DNA of 63,170 bases, filler included, from Folioceros fuciformis (GCA_049999805.1; 11 parts of 11 records of this genome joined end to end with filler, not necessarily neighbours in it); one strand, 5' to 3'; positions 24,589 to 37,900 are shown, numbered from the whole stretch's first letter. A program made the numbers and translations. The notes: generated from the letters alone by a model not told the origin.

Positions 24589-26200
24589 CATGGAGACACG
24601 TCACCTCGCAACTCGTGTGGTGGAGAAGTTTGGAGGGAAGAACTTCACCTTATGGAAGCTGAAGATGAAGATGCTTCTTATTAAGGAGGGAGTGTGGAAG
24701 TTTGTTGACAAGGGCCTCGATGTTGCACCTACACAGAAAGACCTCGACAAAGATGGACGAGCGCTGGCAACAATCCTGTTGAATGTCTCAGATGATGTTC
24801 TCTCTCAATTGAGCAAATACACAACGTTAGAAGAAGTTTGGATCACCCTCTGCAATACATACGAAAAGAAAAACATAGTAAGTTCAATGTTGTTGGAACA
24901 ACAACTTGCAAACTTCACGATGGCCGCAGGCTGTTAACACCATCCAGCAACACGTCAACAAGTTAAAGACCTTAGTGGACCAGATGAAGGCGATGGACAT
25001 CAAACCGACCAACGAAAGGATCCTCGTGGTGTTGTTGTGTAGCTTACCATCAACCTACAAGCCATTTGTGTCGGCCTTCAGGACAACGATCGCGATGCAT
25101 TCGAGCGACAAAACGCCGTCGTTAGATGAGGTGGTCGAATTGCTTTCGCAAGAAGAATTGGAGTTTTCAACCAAGAAAGAGAAGACCGATGACGCCGTCC
25201 TTTTCGCCAAGAAAGGCAAAGCAAAGGCGAAGTTCAAGTCTGAGGACAAGTCCAAGTCCAAGTCTATAGACGAGATGAAGAAGGATGGTACGAGCCGTAC
25301 GATGAAAGGATCTTGCTATTATTGCAGGAAGTCAGGTCATCATGCCAAAGAATGTAAAACCAGGTTGGCAGATGAGTCGAGGAAGGAGAAATCCTCTCAA
25401 GCCAATCAAGTGAGTAAGCAACCTCAATAGGAACAATCTTTCGTGGCTAGCAATCGAGCTACTTCATCGACGAAGGATGAGAGTCTTTATCTTGACTTTG
25501 GTGCATCTCAACACTTCAGTTACAACCTTCCAGGGTTCACTGGCTACACTAGACTCCCGAAGGGCCATACAGTGGCACTCGGTGACAATACGTCACATAA
25601 TATCGAGGGGAAAGGAGTCTTACACGTTCAGTTGCAGGGCGGTAACTCTGCACGTATTGAGAATGTGCGTCATGTACCTAAGCTCGCGAGGAATCTTCTT
25701 TCTGTTGCGCGGATTGCGGATGCAGGTCATGACATCGTCTTCACCTCCGCAAGCTATCGCATTCAACCTGTACAAACTGAGCTGTCACACGTGGTTGCTC
25801 GTGGTGTTCGTGTGGGAAATTCGTACAAACTTTGTGCTTCAATGAGAAAGTAAGCTTGTACATTCCTGGCTAGTTCACACAACCACATTGGGTCTATCGA
25901 TTAATGGCATCAACATTTGGGCAACATCGGAGTGGACAAACTCAAGCTGATGATGATTCATGACATGGTGACAGGATTGAATTTGACGGAGATTACTGCA
26001 ACACAGTTGTGTCCAAGATGTCAGATGGGGAAGCTAAATAGCAAAAAGTTTCCTAAAGCTGTGACACATCGTGCACAGAAGGTGCTGGAATTAGTCCACA
26101 CTGACGTGAGCGAGCCCATGCGGAACCCTACCCAGGGTGGGAATCGCTACATGCTCGTCTTAGTAGTAGTAAACCTTTAGCGTAGTAAGATTGTATAACC
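24589..26200 (+). pseudogene. Copia gag, protease and start of integrase
   Basis: KFGGKNFTLWKLKMKMLL, LLCSLPSTY, CYYCRKSGHHAKEC, LYLDFGASQH, WHQHLGN and CPRCQMGK...LELVHTDV. Confidence 0.92.
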
Positions 26201-27020
26201 TATCGGAGTGGACAAACTCAAGCTGATGATGATTCATAACATGGTGACAGGATTGGATTTGACAGAGATTACTGCAACACAATTGTGTCCAGGATGCCAA
26301 ATGGGGAAGTTAAATCGCACAAAGTTTTCTAAAACTATGACACATCGTGCACAAAAGGCGCTGGAATTAGTCCACACTAACGTGAGCGAGCCCATGCAGA
26401 ACCCTACCCAGGGTGGGATCGCTACATGCTCATCTTAGTAGTAGTAAACCTTCAGCGTAGTAAGATTGTATAACCTATCGGAGTGAACAAACTCAAGCTG
26501 ATGATGATTCATGACATGGTGACAGGATTGGATTTGACGGAGATTACTCCAACACAGTTGTGTCCAGGATGTCAGATGGGGAAGCTAAATCGCACAAAGT
26601 TTCCTAAAGTTGTGACACATCATGCACAGAAGACGCTAAATTAGTCCACACTGACGTGAGCGGGCCCATGCGGAACCCTACCCAGGCTATAGGTTATCCA
26701 ATCTCACTACGCTGAAGGTTTACTACTACTAAGACGAGCATGTACCGATTCCCACCCTGGGTAGGGTTCCAGATGGGCCCCCTCACGTCAGTGTGGACTA
26801 AGTCCAGTGCCTTCTGCGCACGATGTGTCACAGCTTTAGGAAACTTTGTGCGATTTAACTTCCCCATCTAACATCCTGGAAAAGACTGTGTTGTACTAAT
26901 CTCCGTCAAATTCAATCCTATCACCATGTCATGAATCATCATCATCTTGAGTTTGTCCACTCCGATGTGGCCCAAACGCTGATGCCATTAATCAACAGAC
27001 CCAATGTGGTTGTGTGAACG
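25873..27020. repeat. About 276-bp unit: three direct copies plus one inverted copy
   Basis: ATCGGAGTG(G/A)ACAAACTCAAG occurs at 25926, 26202 and 26477; a reverse-complement copy spans about 26689-27020. Confidence 0.9.
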
Positions 27021-28160
27021 AGGTTGAGGTTGAGGTTTCGGCCACGATAAGGACTGAAGAGTCCGTGCTGACGGCGAGTCCGTTGGCGAAGCGGAGGCCC
27101 CGAAGCAGGACCTTGGTTTCCTGGGTGGCGAGGTCATAGGAGAGCAGCCGCCCCGTGTCGTCCCCATAGACGACGCACTCGAAGAGCTGCCTGCAACGAG
27201 AAGAAGCGGATGGGTCCGGGGGAACTGAGAATCTGTAGACTCCTGGGACGGGGGTTGGCTGGCATCACGGGCTCGCTCACCTTCGCTCGAACTTGGACCT
27301 GCTGACTGTGAAGTAGACCCGTTTGTCGTCCCTGAAATCCACATCATTGGTGAGCTTGAACGGGACACCCTCAGCCTCCATGACCAGAGACCTCACCAAG
27401 CCTCCTTCAGGCCCAACGGAGAGCAAGCCCAAGTACTCGTCTGCGATGAATAGCTCCCCGGTTTTCGGATGGAACCTCAGACCCAGAGGCTGGCCATAGA
27501 GATGCTATAGCGTCAAGTTGAGAGCTGGAGGTTGCCTAGGTGTGCATACGTTGGTCCTAGACTACTCACAAACACCCAACATCAAATCCAATCAAATCAA
27601 AGCATAACACAGGTCCCCTCTCACCGCCGCATCACACCACACCAAGGACCCACCCACCGATTCGGAGACATGACAGCGAACTCTGTCCACCCAACCTCTA
27701 AGCCATCACACCTACCCACCCGCCCATCCGCCACCCCTGTGTATGGACCCCTCCCCGCGGAATCGAAAGCCAGGCTCTCAGGACCAATGATCTCATTTGT
27801 GGACCAGATTTCTGCATCCCTCAACCGCTCTAGCTTGTCCCGAGTGCCTATGATGCTCCTTCCCTCAGTCGGGATTTTCAAAGCCAGGGCCTCGATATCC
27901 GCCACTCCAGAATTGGGACTAATACCGATAGGGGCGAATCCTACAAAACTTGCAACATCAGCTCCCACCAAACCTCCACACACCCACACCCACTTCCGTG
28001 CCACCATCTCCCACTTCCATGCCGCCATCTCCGAGCTGCGCGCTATGACTTCACCGTGTCGGTGAAGCTCCCAAAGTTGGGAACACACTTTTCAACGAAG
28101 TGGACACCACCTCTACTCTAGGAGTTAGTGGAGAGGAAATTGAAATAAAATAGCTCATAC

Positions 28161-28488
28161 AGTAACACCCCCTTCAATGCTCCACCCCGCTAGAAGCACA
28201 AGCAAGAGTCAAAAATTAAACACTACACACAGCACACCTCTCATGTGCTCACAGCTCTCCAAGCCTAGCCGAGCACCCAGTGCTCTCTAGGCTTTGAGGA
28301 CGTATTGAACTCAACTCAACTTAGCCCTTGGCTAGGTCCTTTTTTATACATAAGAGCTAGTCACTAACTTAGCAACTACTTACTTAAGCTTTAAGCTATT
28401 ATTCACTACCACACACTTTCTTAGGGCTGCATGCTTATCATACTCTTAGTAAACTTTCTTGCTTGGCACTCAAACCAACTTTGTTACT
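28161..28488 (-). repeat. Chromovirus 3' LTR with AGTAAC...GTTACT termini
   Basis: Follows PPT GGGGGAGGA, has a perfect 6-bp terminal inverted repeat, and its end matches 37325 onward. Confidence 0.75.
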
Positions 28489-31400
28489 TCCTCCCCCACT
28501 AGGAAAAGAATCATTGCCCTCAGTGATAACTTTGTAACGAGAAATCATCCTGAAGCCTCTCTGGATATCCTCTAGTGTTACCCAAACTGGTGTTGAAATC
28601 CTACGCAACTTTACCATGTATTGTAGTAGAGTTCCACATCTCATAGCCACGCTACCTTCTGCAAGGAATTCCTCAATCTCCCGCAATCCTTGATTGTGTT
28701 GAACAACGATGTTGTACTTCTTCTCATCCATATTCTCTTTCTCATTACCTGGCACAAATGGTTTCAACATAGATACATGAAACACACTGTGTGCAAAAAT
28801 CCAGTCAAGTAAGTCTAACTTGTAAGCCACTTCTCCAATTCACTTTAACACAACATATGGACCTCCATAATTCAATCCCAACTTCAAAGACAATCCTTAG
28901 GGCAGCGGGAAATGCTTCAATTTCACCCAAACCTTATTCCCAACATTGAAGATAGTTACTCTCTAGTGCTTATTAGCATATCTCTTTCGACATGCTTGAG
29001 CCTTGGCTAATATCTTTCTGGCAACCTCATGCCTAGCCTTCAACTGCTTAATGAATTAGCGCGGATCTCTTGTGGTAGTGTCAAAAACTTTAGCATTTAG
29101 CCTGGATACTACATCCAAAGCTGAATTTCTACTCAGCTCAAAGGGACTACATCCCAAGGAGCTATGTATTGTGTTATTGTAACAAAACTCCGCATCATCA
29201 AGATGATCATCCCAATTTCTCTCGTCAGTCTACACAGTTTGGCTTACTCGCTCAGTTAATCCATCAATATCACTCGCTTCTTGGTGGGGATGAAGTGTGC
29301 TTGCCTGGTGAATCTATCCACTATTGTCATGATAGCTATAAATCCATAACTCGGAGGCAAGACCATCATAAAGTCCATAGATATGCTTTTCCATGCCCCT
29401 CGTGGGATAAGTAGGGGTTGTAACAAACCTCTCGGCTTAGCCTGCTCAACCTTATCCTACTGACAAACACCACATGCCTTGACGTAATCCAATGTATCTT
29501 GATACATTCCTAGCCAGTAGAATAGCTTCCTCCACGGTGACTAGCATTTGGCACATCATGACACTCAGCAAGCAATTTCCTCTTCAAGCCTACAAAGTTA
29601 CGGATCATAACTCTCTTTTATTTGTATATCAACCAACCATCTTTGATTTTGAACTTGCTTCCTTTCTCTACCACCCCATCCATTCAGCCTTGTACTTCAA
29701 GATCTTGCAGATAAGCTTCTTTAATTTCTTTGTGAGCATTCAAAGGTTAAATCACAATTGCCATTGCTTTGATTTCTTGACTTTGCTTGCTGCTCACGCA
29801 TTTGCAACCTTATTCTCTTTCCCAAGTTTATATTTAAGAGCCACATTTTACATAGCTAGAAGATCTTGTCATTCAACTTGTCTTGCATTCAACTTTAATT
29901 GGGTTAATACGACATACTTCTCAAACCAGGTTTGAGAAGTATGTCAATGATATAAGAAGTATGTCAACTGATATTATCAATATATAGCCCAAAAGACCTA
30001 CCCAAGAGACAGTGTCTCCAAGCCTTCATACAATGAATCATAGTAGTCATCTCCTTCTCATGGGTGGGATACTTCCTCTCATAGAATGCAACTTCCTTGA
30101 CTCAAAAGCTAACGGCTTTTGGTCCTACATCAAAACTCCACCTACAGTCACATCTAAGGCTTCACAATACACTTCCAATCTCTCTTGGGGTCATACATTT
30201 CCAACACTGGAGTAGTACTCAACTTCTTCTTCAAGTATTCAAAGGCACCATGACACTCAACATCCCATGTCCAAGCTTTTGATGTCTTTAAGAGGTCAAT
30301 TATAGGGGCTGTTATCTTAGCAAACATATGTACAAATCTCATGTACACATAAGCCAAACCCATAACACTTTGGACCTCATGAATGTTTCGAGGGGGCTGC
30401 TAATCTTGAATGGCTTTAACTTTATTAGAATCCATCTTGATGCCCCTGACAGAGACAATGAAACCTAATAATGGAATCTCTTTCTTGAAAAAATCACACT
30501 TCTTGATTACCAAGAACAAAGAATTCTCTCTTAGTCTCTATAACACTTTCCTCAAGTGTTCAACATGCTCCTCCAAGGTATGACTATAGATCAAAATGTC
30601 ATCCACATAGATCACAACACACTTGTCCACTAGATCTATGAATATAGTATTTGTAAGAGTCTAAAATGTGGCAGGTGCATTAGTAAGTCCAAATGGCATG
30701 ACAAGAAACTCAAAAGACCCATACCTTGTTCTACGTGTTGTTTCATACTCATGCCCCCCAGCAATCCTAATATGATAATACCCTGCCATCAAGTCTAGCT
30801 TGGTGAAATACTTAGCACCTTCAACCTATCAAACATGTCATCCATTCTCAGCAAAGGATATGCATTCTTGATTGTGATCTGGTTCAAAGCTCTCCAATCC
30901 AGACACAGTTTAAGTCCTCCATTCGTTTTGCGCGTGAATAGTACAGGCGCAAGAAAGGGAGACTTAGAAACTTTGACATATCCCTTTGCCAATAGGTTGG
31001 ATAGTTATTGCTTGAGTTCTTACAACTCATCATGTGACAATCTATATGGTGCTCTCAAAGGAGGCGTACTCCTTGGCTTCAAATCAATCTCATAGTCCAC
31101 CCTACGAGATGACAAAGGTGGCAACTCATCTGGCATCAAGTCCTTGAACTCATCTAGTACAACTTGTACTTCTTTTAGGATGTCCTTCTCCTCTATAGAA
31201 TCTTCTTCAAGACCATCCTCGAATCCTTAGAGTACAACCAAGTATAACACTTCTTTTTCTTGAGGTCTTTCTTGAGCTCTCTTTTTGAAATCAATTGTAC
31301 TGATGCACTCTCAAGCCTATGGCTAACACTAGCACAACTCACCTTGTGCTTCTTGGATATCTCAATAGTGCATGACTTGACATCTATATGCACTTCATTA

Positions 31401-32499
31401 GATCTCATCCATTCCAAATGTAAGATGATATCATGGTCATCCATCTCCACGACTATAAAACTCACACTTCCTTGCCACGCCTCAACTTGCAGCTTCACTC
31501 CATGCATTTCACATAGAAATTGCAAACTCCTTTTAGCTTTCTTGATTCCATATGGCGTGGAAGTTTCAGTCCATTCAAGGACAAGCTCTCTTGCTTTACG
31601 TGGAGTTATAAAATTATGGGCGGCTACAAAATCCAACAACAACACTACATTAAAGCCATTCATCTTGCCACATATGTACATCACCTTCCCTAGAAATAGT
31701 GTCATCCTTGACACTTAATGACCCACCACATGTCTTTACAATATGTGGCACCTGGCATTATCTAGACTCTTCAGAGAGTTCTTGGATCCTGGCTCTTGGA
31801 ACATGTGGATTTGCAGCCAAATTCAAGCTGGGAGCTCTTGCATGCAGACAATTCCTAGAAAAATGTCCCTACTCTCCACAACTATAACATTGTGGAGTGA
31901 AATTCTTTGTCTAGAGACACAATGAGGTCCATATTCACCCTCTATGTCGTTATAGTCCCAGGATTCGATCCCGAGGGAATGGTTCGTATCAAGTTATTCT
32001 AAATTTACGCCTTCTAAACTTTCTATTGTCAATTCCTATCCAGATGTACTCCACCATTACGCCTAAGTTCACCACCGTTGTTCCTAACTCCACCACCATA
32101 GGGAGTTCCACCACCACCATAGTGGATTCAACCACCGCGGTAGTAGATTCCGCCATCGTGGTGGGACTCACCCGTTTGGCATACGCACGCATCGTGGGCG
32201 CTTGGATGACTTGGGGTTTCTGGCCACACTTGTGAAGGAGCTATGGCCTGTGCAGACTAATTCTCATGCACACAAAGCCATTCTCATGTTATTTTACATC
32301 CAAACCTCACTGGTAGGTGCGAATTAGGGCCTACCCCACTGCGGCGCTTCATCGCATAACTCATTCTCATTGATTTTCCCACTCAATTTATCAACAATCT
32401 TCCTCAGCACTCCTTAATTCCAAACACTCACACTTCACGTACACCAAACCTTCACTCAATCCTCCTCCTAAGGACACACAGTCCCCACACAGGCCACAC

Positions 32500-32700
32500 A
32501 GGCCTCTCCTTGGGACACATAGTCCCCTTCTTGGGCCACACAAACTCCTCCTTGAGCCATACAAACTCCTCCTTGAGCCACACAAACTCCTCCTTGAGCC
32601 ACATAGACTCCTCCTTGAGCCACACAGACTCCTCCTTGAGCCACACAGACTCCTCCTTGAGCCACACAACTCCTCATTGAGCCACACAAACTCCTCCTTG
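32500..32700 (-). repeat. 21-bp tandem repeat, about 9 units
   Basis: CCTTGAGCCACACA(G/A)ACTCCT units. Confidence 0.92.
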
Positions 32701-33395
32701 AGATTGATTACGGCCTAGTTAAGCAGCAAAGTGAGGAAGGGAAAAATCACATCCAGACAGCTCACAAGAATTTTGCGAAACTCGTGCTCCCTCTTAGCTT
32801 TCTAGGGATTTCACGAAACTCGCGTTCCCACCCTGACCTGCTATAGAAATCGCTCTTCCTCATACGTGTAGAGCACCCCAACCCTAAACCACCCCAGTCG
32901 CGGAGCTTGGTCACATAGCTCTCGACTACCCAGGGATCTTCCTGGTCCTCTTGTGACAAGAGGACAGCATGCCAAATCAGGCCTCCATCGATCGGATGTC
33001 TACAACCCACAACGCATAAGCTCAACACACGGAAGTTTACACGTGGAATTGTCTGCTTGGAGGAACGCGGACTTGCCCCTTATACATCTGGCCCCAGACA
33101 CCATTACTGCCGCAGCCTTTCAGAGTCTCAAAAGTAATTAACGGTTCCTAGCACTCTTCTATGGCCAACACTGCTTGGTTCAGAATTTATGAGTTAACTC
33201 ATACTATGATAAAGTTATGACCTAGTGTTTCCTAGACTATCGTGCCCGTCTTCACTGTGGCCGTCTCGACCTTCGTGCTCTTGGAATCCCTCTGGCTCTT
33301 CTGACTCGGCTCAGATTCAAGAGATCTTCCCATATTACTTCCACTTCACTCCCACTGTCCACCGTTCTCTCCTGGGGCTTCTCCTTGGTTCCTCA

Positions 33396-35659
33396 TCACT
33401 GGACAACCACACCGTGTGGTCTTCCACCCAAGCCTGGAACTCCCCCTCGGTCGTCTCCTGTAGTCTCACCTATGAATGGCACGCTCCAACCCCCATTCGC
33501 AGGAACCAATGGTAACAGCCAATGGAAAAAGTGCAGCCAATAGTTCCTCCCCCCTCTTGTTCCAACCACCACATACACATTAAGAGTGAGCACCTGCTCA
33601 CCATACGATTGGAAGCCAGGGACATGGGCATCTTCTTCTCTACGTTGCAGCACAATTGGGCCCCCTACTCAAGAGGTCCTTACCCACTTCTCCTGTGGAC
33701 AGTCCTGGGGTGGCTGCCTCCTGCATTCCAAGGGTGTTGCTTGCTCCTCTGCCATAGGTTCATCGGTAGCTTGTTCCACTACCCCTGTTCCTCCTTCTGC
33801 CATGGTTGCTAGTTCGGCTACTCCGGTTCCAAGTTCAACAACCGTGGTTGATTCCACCACAGTTGCGGCCTAAGCCTCCAGGGTCGCGGATCCTCTTCCC
33901 TTCTTTGATTTTCCCGTCTCATTCCAAACCTTGGCCCTTGCCTCATCCCGCTCCCTCTTGTACGTCTCAGCTAATCGTTTGAATTTCTCCAGGGTTGCCA
34001 CTAGCTCCTGACTTCGGGAGATTTCATTTTGAAGCTCCTCAATTGTGACATGGCTGTTTTCACTTGCTTCACCAAGGCTTTCTGTTGATTCGCTAGTACC
34101 CTTCAACTCCTTCTTTGCTTTGCCTAGCAACTCGTCACTTGCCCTCCATCGGTCCTTTGCTACCTTGTTTCTTCCTTTAACCTCTTCCAGCTTTTCTTTC
34201 AGCTCCTTCTCGTATTGTCCCTACATGCTGAGCCATGTGAGCGCCACGGCGGTCTGGTTGAGCAGATTTGTCTGGGTCTGGGCCATGGCTGAGGACAATC
34301 TCTATAAGTCGCTTATATGGGCTGCACCCGGCCCCATCCTTTTCCAGAGCCACTCCTTTACTCGGGCCACGGCTGAGGACAATCCCTATAAGTCGCTTAT
34401 CTGGGCTGCACCCGGCACCATCCTTTTCTAGAGCAACTCCTTTACTCGGGTCACGGCCTCTGCTTCTGCTCCCGCTGGTTCACTCAAGGAAGAGGCTCCA
34501 AAAATATCCTTCCACTTCCCATACCCCTCCACCGCCGACACTAACCCTCTTGCCTCAACCGTAGGTTCATTAACCCCCGAGCCATTGACTTTTCGTACCG
34601 CAACATGTGCGGGTTGCCTCTTCCGCTTTCCGAGTTCTTCTCGTGCCTCCGTGATAGCCCTGGCTTTGGTTATTTGAGTCGGGGTTGCCACCTCCTGTTC
34701 ACCTAGCCCGTCCTTCCGTCTCTTAACCTCACCCCGGCCTGTGGTCCGAGCCTTCTTCTTCCTTACTGCCGCGACTTCCCCTTCTGAATCGCCCAGCGCC
34801 TCAGACTCTTAGCTACTGGAATCCTCCCCCACACCATTTCTAGGTTCTTCATGAACCTTGATCTCCCTGACTGGCTTCCAATTATGGAGGGAGGACACCA
34901 CTTCCAACTCGATTAAGCACTTGGTATGAGCAAAAAGATGAATCAAGAAGGGTGAGAGGAGGGAGAGGTGGGGTGAATCTGCTAACAGATTACCCCTTTC
35001 TTCACACGCCGGTTTGAAAATAATTCGAGTCCAGTTTACCTGGGCACCATTGACTACCTCATGAAGGAAGACCAAAAAATGATCGGCCATATGATCTATC
35101 TTCTTGCTCTCTAAGAAGCATAAATCCATTTGGCTAGTCCGACCAATGGGGCTGAAGCCAATTGGCGGACTACCCAACTGTTATTAGTTCTCACCTCTTC
35201 AAGCTTCATGAGGGTAGTCACAGCGGTTTTCATAGTCTTCTTTCTTTGAAGGTCGATTGCGATGCCTCCCTACTCTACCTCTTCCCGTCCGTACACCTCC
35301 CAAGAAAGTTCTAGGCTTCAGTCATGCGGTTTCTACCTCAGACCTCCCTCTGACGTCCTTTCCCTCAGGTACTACGTACACTCCTTCACCAAAGCGAGAC
35401 TATCATAGCATCATTTCTTTTGCATGAACTCCAGGCCCAGCTCGTGCACAAGACCACTAGCTCTTATTTTCTAGTGGTCCATATCTGGCCACTGCATAGT
35501 GGAAATCGCTAGCCCGAGTTGAGTCGCCATCCCCCGCCCTTCTCGAATCCCCATCCCGTCATGCGCTTGCTTTCTTCTCGACTGCTGCGTGCTCCTTGAG
35601 TCATTGTTGCGCCTCCCATTTTTCTCTCCAGGCCGGTGCTCCCCGACCCTGATGACCAC
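33396..35659 (-). pseudogene. Family X accessory ORF, decayed copy
   Basis: ELGLEFM, FLHEVVNGAQVNW, LLSPFLIHLF, YKRERDEAR and VLQRREEDAHVPG are colinear with the 60622-63050 copy. Confidence 0.7.
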
Positions 35660-37767
35660 GCCGCCTTACTGTCACTTCGTCCGCCTCCGTGCCCCAAGGC
35701 AGTCTACCCTTCCTTGACTCCTGATCTTTGCGGAGACTACACCCGGTGGTGTCTTGTCGTTGCTTTCTCCCAGTTGCGCTCCACGACTAGAAGTCTTCGT
35801 TCACTCTTCGCTTGCCTTAGGCCCGCCACTAGGGTTGTTAACTCCACCTTGGCCAAATCGGCACCCACCTAACTTAGCCACCGCAGGGTTGCCGGCCACT
35901 ACCCCACCTAGACGTGCCACTGTGGTAGAATACTCCCTCTTCCCTCCTTATATAGGCTCTTGGTTATTCCAAACCACCAAGAGCCAAGGAACTCCCAGCC
36001 TAGCCCATCCACGTAGATCATGAGCTGAGGACAAGTTATTACAAAAAATAATCCTGCCAATGTCCAAGGAACTTTGAGTCCGGCCCATTGCGATTGTCAA
36101 GACCCGAGGACCTGTTATTGGTAACCAAAACCATGCTGAAGAGTGAACTGCCATGGGCCAAGGAGACTCTTGGGCATGAAAGGAAGCGCCCGGGCCGTAT
36201 TTAGCCACTCTATTGATTAAAAAAAAAAAAACTACGAAGTCCCTGTTGTTCGATTATTTCAAGGGGAGTTCCGATACCTACAATCATTTACAAACACAAA
36301 ACAGAGGTATGCACTACTCGTCGTCTTCCACGACCTCTATTATTGCCTCTACCTCTGCTAGCAGTCTCAGTAGTTGCATTGTTCCCAGTAATGGTGGCTC
36401 GTCCTCTACCTCTAGATCTACTTTGAGATCTAGGATATCTTCCTCTCGAGACTGAAGCCTCTTGAACAAACATGTCTGCTATGGCATCTGCTGCTGCCAT
36501 AGCCTCTTGCAACGTCTGAGGATTAGTCAACGCAATCCTGTCCTGAGCCCACTTCTTAAGGTTAGTAGTGAACTTGTGGAGTTTGTCCTATTCATGCATC
36601 TTAGGACATTGCAAGACAACAGAGCTAAATTCACTCACATACTCCAGCAAAGTTCTAGTATGCTTGACATTGTCGAGCATCCTTTGCGTCAAACTCGCAA
36701 CATTAGTGGATTGGAAACGAAGTTGCAGTACTTCCTTGAAGTCTACCCATGTGAAGATTGTTGCTCTACGATTGCGTTGCCTTACACTCTCTACGTAAGT
36801 CCTCCACCTAGTAAGAGCATAATTGTCCAAGAAATTCGTGACGTGCTTCAAGTTCTCGTCTTGCTGCACTCCGGATGATTCCATGTACTCTTCCAAAGAG
36901 AAAAACCAAGAATTGTTTTTCTCTACGTCACGCTCGTCATTGTAATTCTTAGGGGCATAAACACTCAGCCTCAACTTCTTGGACTTCGTAGCGGCTTTGG
37001 TCTCAAGCTCGGGCTCCACTTCTTCTGGTTCTTCTTTAACGAGCCTTCGTTTGCCTTTGATCTCTTGATCCAAGGCATCAAGTCTCTTCATGATTTTCTG
37101 GACCTGGTCCTCTATGGTGGTGCCGGTCCCGTGCTCCAAAGTTCCTTCCTCCATCATTCTCACTACTTGAGGATCCGCCTATGGGTCTTCCACAACGGCT
37201 TCAGTAAACAGGGCCTTATCTTTCCTGCGGCTTACCCTCTCCACTCTACTTGGGTTAGCAGGATCTACCATCGCTAACGAGCGCACTAGTCAAGGATGCT
37301 TCAACCTATGCTTTGATACCAACAAGTAACACCCCCTTCAACGGGGTGGGGTAGAATCACACAGTTAGAAGCCAAAGCAAGAGTTAGTAATTAAACACCA
37401 GACACAGCACTAGGCCTCCAAGTAGCCCGCCCTCCTCTTCTAGGAGGACTTGTAGCCAATACCCTTACTGCTGCTCAAAACCACGTGTCAATAAGAACAT
37501 ATAGTGCTGGAGGGTTAGAGAGAACTCCATAGAGTGCTGGAGGGTTAGATATATTATAGAACTCTTTATTTTAGTACTGATTAATTAGATTACCCAGCAA
37601 AAATCATATGGCATAAAACTTTTTACTCCAAATAAAAACACATGCTAAAAATACAAAGCTTCTTATATCACAGAATTTATTAGTAAGATTTTTATACCAG
37701 ACTTAGTTATAATGATACAAAATATACATTTTCCAAAACGTATACATTAAGTACTAATTAGAATGAA

Positions 37768-37900
37768 TATTCATCATAAGATTAGTTATAGTAAAATTTA
37801 TTGTAATGGTGATGAGTAGGTTCTCTAAAAAGCATATATTCATTATAAGATTAGTTATAGTAAAATTTATTGTGATGGTGATGAGCAGGTTCTCTAAAAA
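37768..37900 (+). repeat. Tandem duplication, about 70-bp period, AT-rich
   Basis: TATTCAT(C/T)ATAAGATTAGTTATAGTAAAATTTATTGT...GGTTCTCTAAAAA occurs twice. Confidence 0.85.

Larger units (their letters stand above)
21867..28028 (-). pseudogene. SSL: Strictosidine synthase-like gene, disrupted and split by a Copia element
   Basis: GPESLAFDSAGRGPYTGVADGRV, PLGLRFHPKTGELFIAD, TGRLLSYD...LRFANGLAVS...IVAET, LLKYWLKG and LLDVLEDSEG. There is an in-frame TAG at 27505-27507 and frameshifts in the last exon. Confidence 0.88.
31945..36282 (-). mobile_element. Nested 'family X' element: putative 4.3-kb solo LTR carrying an ORF
   Basis: TG...CA ends with an imperfect inverted repeat; splits a host gag zinc knuckle; no gag/pol recognised inside. 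Confidence 0.65.
28161..37450 (-). mobile_element. Ty3/Gypsy chromovirus-type retrotransposon, decayed, with a nested insert
   Basis: 5' LTR remnant from 37325; PBS TGGTATCAAAGC at about 37310-37321; gag 36290-37163; zinc knuckles; protease (LLLDFVAAHNFI); RT ([26 protein letters not shown]); integrase; chromodomain (HSVFHVSMLK...QYMVK); PPT; 3' LTR. Confidence 0.9.

Noticed and set aside
19430-28028. Transporter plus strictosidine-synthase-like gene as a metabolic gene cluster
   Set aside because: The SSL gene is a pseudogene, most SSL proteins are not alkaloid enzymes, and the other enzyme genes are on unlinked contigs.
32391-32689. Repetitive ORFs (LCGSRRS)n, (WLKEESV)n and (CVAQGGV)n
   Set aside because: All three frames are open because the 21-bp unit lacks stops on that strand; not evidence of coding.
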